DNA of 64,000 nucleotides from a virus (lineage: Duplodnaviria > Heunggongvirae > Uroviricota > Caudoviricetes): IMG/VR virus record IMGVR_UViG_2541047802_000007; one strand, 5' to 3'. Made by a program: the position numbers and the translations under genes. Positions 62,339-64,000 of this stretch are shown here, piece after piece (positions within the stretch are counted from its first letter, which is position 1; each line of letters opens with the position of its first letter). Under the pieces are notes generated by a model. It saw nothing but the letters and a program-made list of their open reading frames with translations. It was not told where the DNA came from and searched no databases.

Positions 62339-62817
62339 TCATCTGGGATCTCACCCGTTTCAAGAAAATGTATAAAGCCAGGCTCATCTATGATGATTGT
62401 GCCTTTCATCCTGGCTGCCGATACTTTTGATGGGCCTGCATTGTAACCGCAACAGAGCATCTGAAGGCTTTGGGTTACAGAGGTTCTTACCGTTAATCCT
62501 TGTTCATTCGCCTTATCAACCAATCTTTCTTTATCTGCTTTCTTAAATCCGGTGAAACACACATCGAATGTATTTTTTTTCGGACCAGACTGCTTAGTGA
62601 GATGTGAGTAGTTTTCGGGGAGGAATGACGCGCATTCCTGAATGGCTTGTTCTGGTGAATCGTACTGTTTAAGAATGCGGTCTTTTCGGAAGGTTTTTAT
62701 TCGATCGGTGTTCTTACAAATGCCCTGTATATGATTTTCGCTATAACTGATGCTCTGTATTGAGTGAACTCCGATACGACCATTTGCATTGATGTAAACA
62801 AAGTGAAGTTCTTCCAT
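62335..62817 (-). CDS. 160-aa protein with C-terminal BRCT-like domain; cargo gene between ogr and attR
   Basis: C-terminal about 75 aa resembles BRCT domains such as that of NAD-dependent ligase; AT-rich. Confidence 0.6.
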   Translation of the reverse strand: MEELHFVYINANGRIGVHSIQSISYSENHIQGICKNTDRIKTFRKDRILKQYDSPEQAIQECASFLPENYSHLTKQSGPKKNTFDVCFTGFKKADKERLVDKANEQGLTVRTSVTQSLQMLCCGYNAGPSKVSAARMKGTIIIDEPGFIHFLETGEIPDE

Positions 62818-62900
62818 GTGAAACCTCTTTGCATGATTTCAAGATGGCGACAGGCAAGATGGACGCAAAAGTCTGTCGCCATTTTGCCGCCACTACCAAA

Positions 62901-62932
62901 GAAAAAGGGGCTACGCTTTTACGTAACCCCTT
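62901..62932 (-). terminator. Rho-independent terminator of ssrA
   Basis: On minus strand GGGGUUACG-loop-CGUAGCCCC followed by U-run directly after tmRNA 3' end. Confidence 0.6.
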
Positions 62933-62940
62933 GATTTATT

Positions 62941-63303
62941 TGGTGGAGCTGGCGGGAGTTGAACCCGCGTCCGAAATTCCTACATCCTCGGTACTACATG
63001 CTTAGTCAGTCTTTACATTCGCTTGCCAGCTGCGGACGGACACGCCACTAACAAACTAGCCTGATTAAGTTTTAACGCTTCAACCCCAGGCAGGGCTTCC
63101 ACGCGATCTCTTTTGGGTTTGACCTCTCTTGATCCCCGTCCTAAGAGCGGAGGCTAGGGAGAGAGGGCTCTAAGCAGGTTATTAAGCTGCTAAAGCGTAG
63201 TTTTCGTCGTTTGCGACTATTTTTTGCGGCTTTTTACGAGGCCAACCGCCCCTCGGCATGCACCTTGGGTTTCGCAAATCCCGTCGAATCCAGAATCAGC
63301 CCC
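62941..63303 (-). ncRNA. ssrA: tmRNA (SsrA), 363 nt
   Basis: Reverse complement begins GGGGCTGATTCTGGATTCGACGG and ends ...GGTTCAACTCCCGCCAGCTCCACCA, matching recalled E. coli ssrA. Confidence 0.95.
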
Positions 63304-63517
63304 AATGTGTAACGGTAAGTATACCAGATTTATGAGCAGCATGACTAGCCCAAAAGGCGTTATCATCCTGGAATTAGCGCCTGCATAGTATGATTTTTTT
63401 TCGATTAAGCAATGGGATGGCTACATCTGTGTCAGATTTGACAGTCGATAAGATGTTCATTCGCGCCACCGGATAGGGAGGCGCGGTGAGGATTTGATTA
63501 GTATCGCTTATATAGGT

Positions 63518-64000
63518 TTAACGGTGGGCATTTTTCATGATACGCGCTTTATCCACCTGCCATTCGCGTTCTTTGATATCTGAACGTTTATCGTGCTGTT
63601 TCTTACCTTTGGCGACGCCGATTTTCACTTTGCACCAGGCATTTTTCCAGTACAGGGAGAGCGCCACTACGGTATAGCCTTCTCGATTGACGCGACCGTA
63701 CAATGAGTCCAGTTCGCGCTGGTTGAGAAGTAACTTGCGGGTACGGGTAGGATCGCACACCACATGCGTGGAGGCCACAGCCATTGGCGTGATGTTAGCG
63801 CCAAACAGAAATGCCTCTCCGTCGCGCAGAAGGACATAGCTGTCGCTGATATTGGCTTTTCCTGCGCGCAGGGATTTAACCTCCCAGCCTTGCAGGGCAA
63901 GTCCCGCTTCGAACTCTTCTTCGATAAAGTATTCGTGACGGGCGCGCTTGTTAAGCGCGATGGTCGCTGAACCAGGTTTATGTGCTTTTTTCTTCGTCAT
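63518..64000 (-). CDS. smpB: SsrA-binding protein SmpB
   Basis: 160-aa product matching recalled E. coli SmpB; upstream of ssrA on same strand. Confidence 0.95.

Larger units (their letters stand above)
1..62940 (+). mobile_element. P2/186-family prophage (partial; left part with int/immunity lies outside window), interrupted by the Mu-like insertion at 25553..62171; right boundary abuts 3' end of ssrA
   Basis: P2-like gene order A-cos-Q-P-O-N-M-L-X-Y-K-lysAB-R-S-V-W-J-I-H-G-FI-FII-E-T-U-D-ogr by protein similarity; TGT-N12-ACA late promoter dyads; adjacency to tmRNA 3' end. Confidence 0.85.

Noticed and set aside
62309-62940. Integrase expected between ogr and the att site
   Set aside because: No integrase-like ORF is present; in P2 the att site lies between ogr and int, so int should sit beyond attL outside this window.
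62941-63020. tRNA gene at the attachment site
   Set aside because: The tRNA-like acceptor/T-arm sequence is the 3' domain of tmRNA (ssrA), not a separate tRNA.

Overview
This window is an enterobacterial (E. coli-like) chromosomal segment that ends at smpB and ssrA (tmRNA). Nearly all of it is a P2/186-family prophage lying against the 3' end of ssrA, and a complete Mu-like transposable phage of about 36.6 kb is inserted inside that prophage's ogr late-activator gene. The P2-like part runs from the tail of replication gene A through a 186-like cos, Q-P-O-N-M-L, the lysis cassette, R-S, V-W-J-I-H-G, FI-FII, E/E', T, U, D and ogr; its integrase is not in the window. The Mu-like element spans 25553..62171 in inverted orientation (c, ner, A, B, early region, mor, C, lys, head and tail genes, G(+) invertible segment, gin, com, mom) and is flanked by a 5-bp target-site duplication GCCAG. 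Removing it in silico restores a 72-aa Ogr zinc-finger ORF. The most interesting content is four AT-rich cargo ORFs at accessory positions: a 469-aa orphan between cos and Q, a 566-aa antisense ORF between S and V (tentatively AIPR/Abi-like), a 160-aa BRCT-domain ORF between ogr and attR, and a 148-aa signal-peptide ORF between mom and the Mu right end. All calls rest on reading the sequence and ORF translations and on recalled family knowledge; no database search was run.
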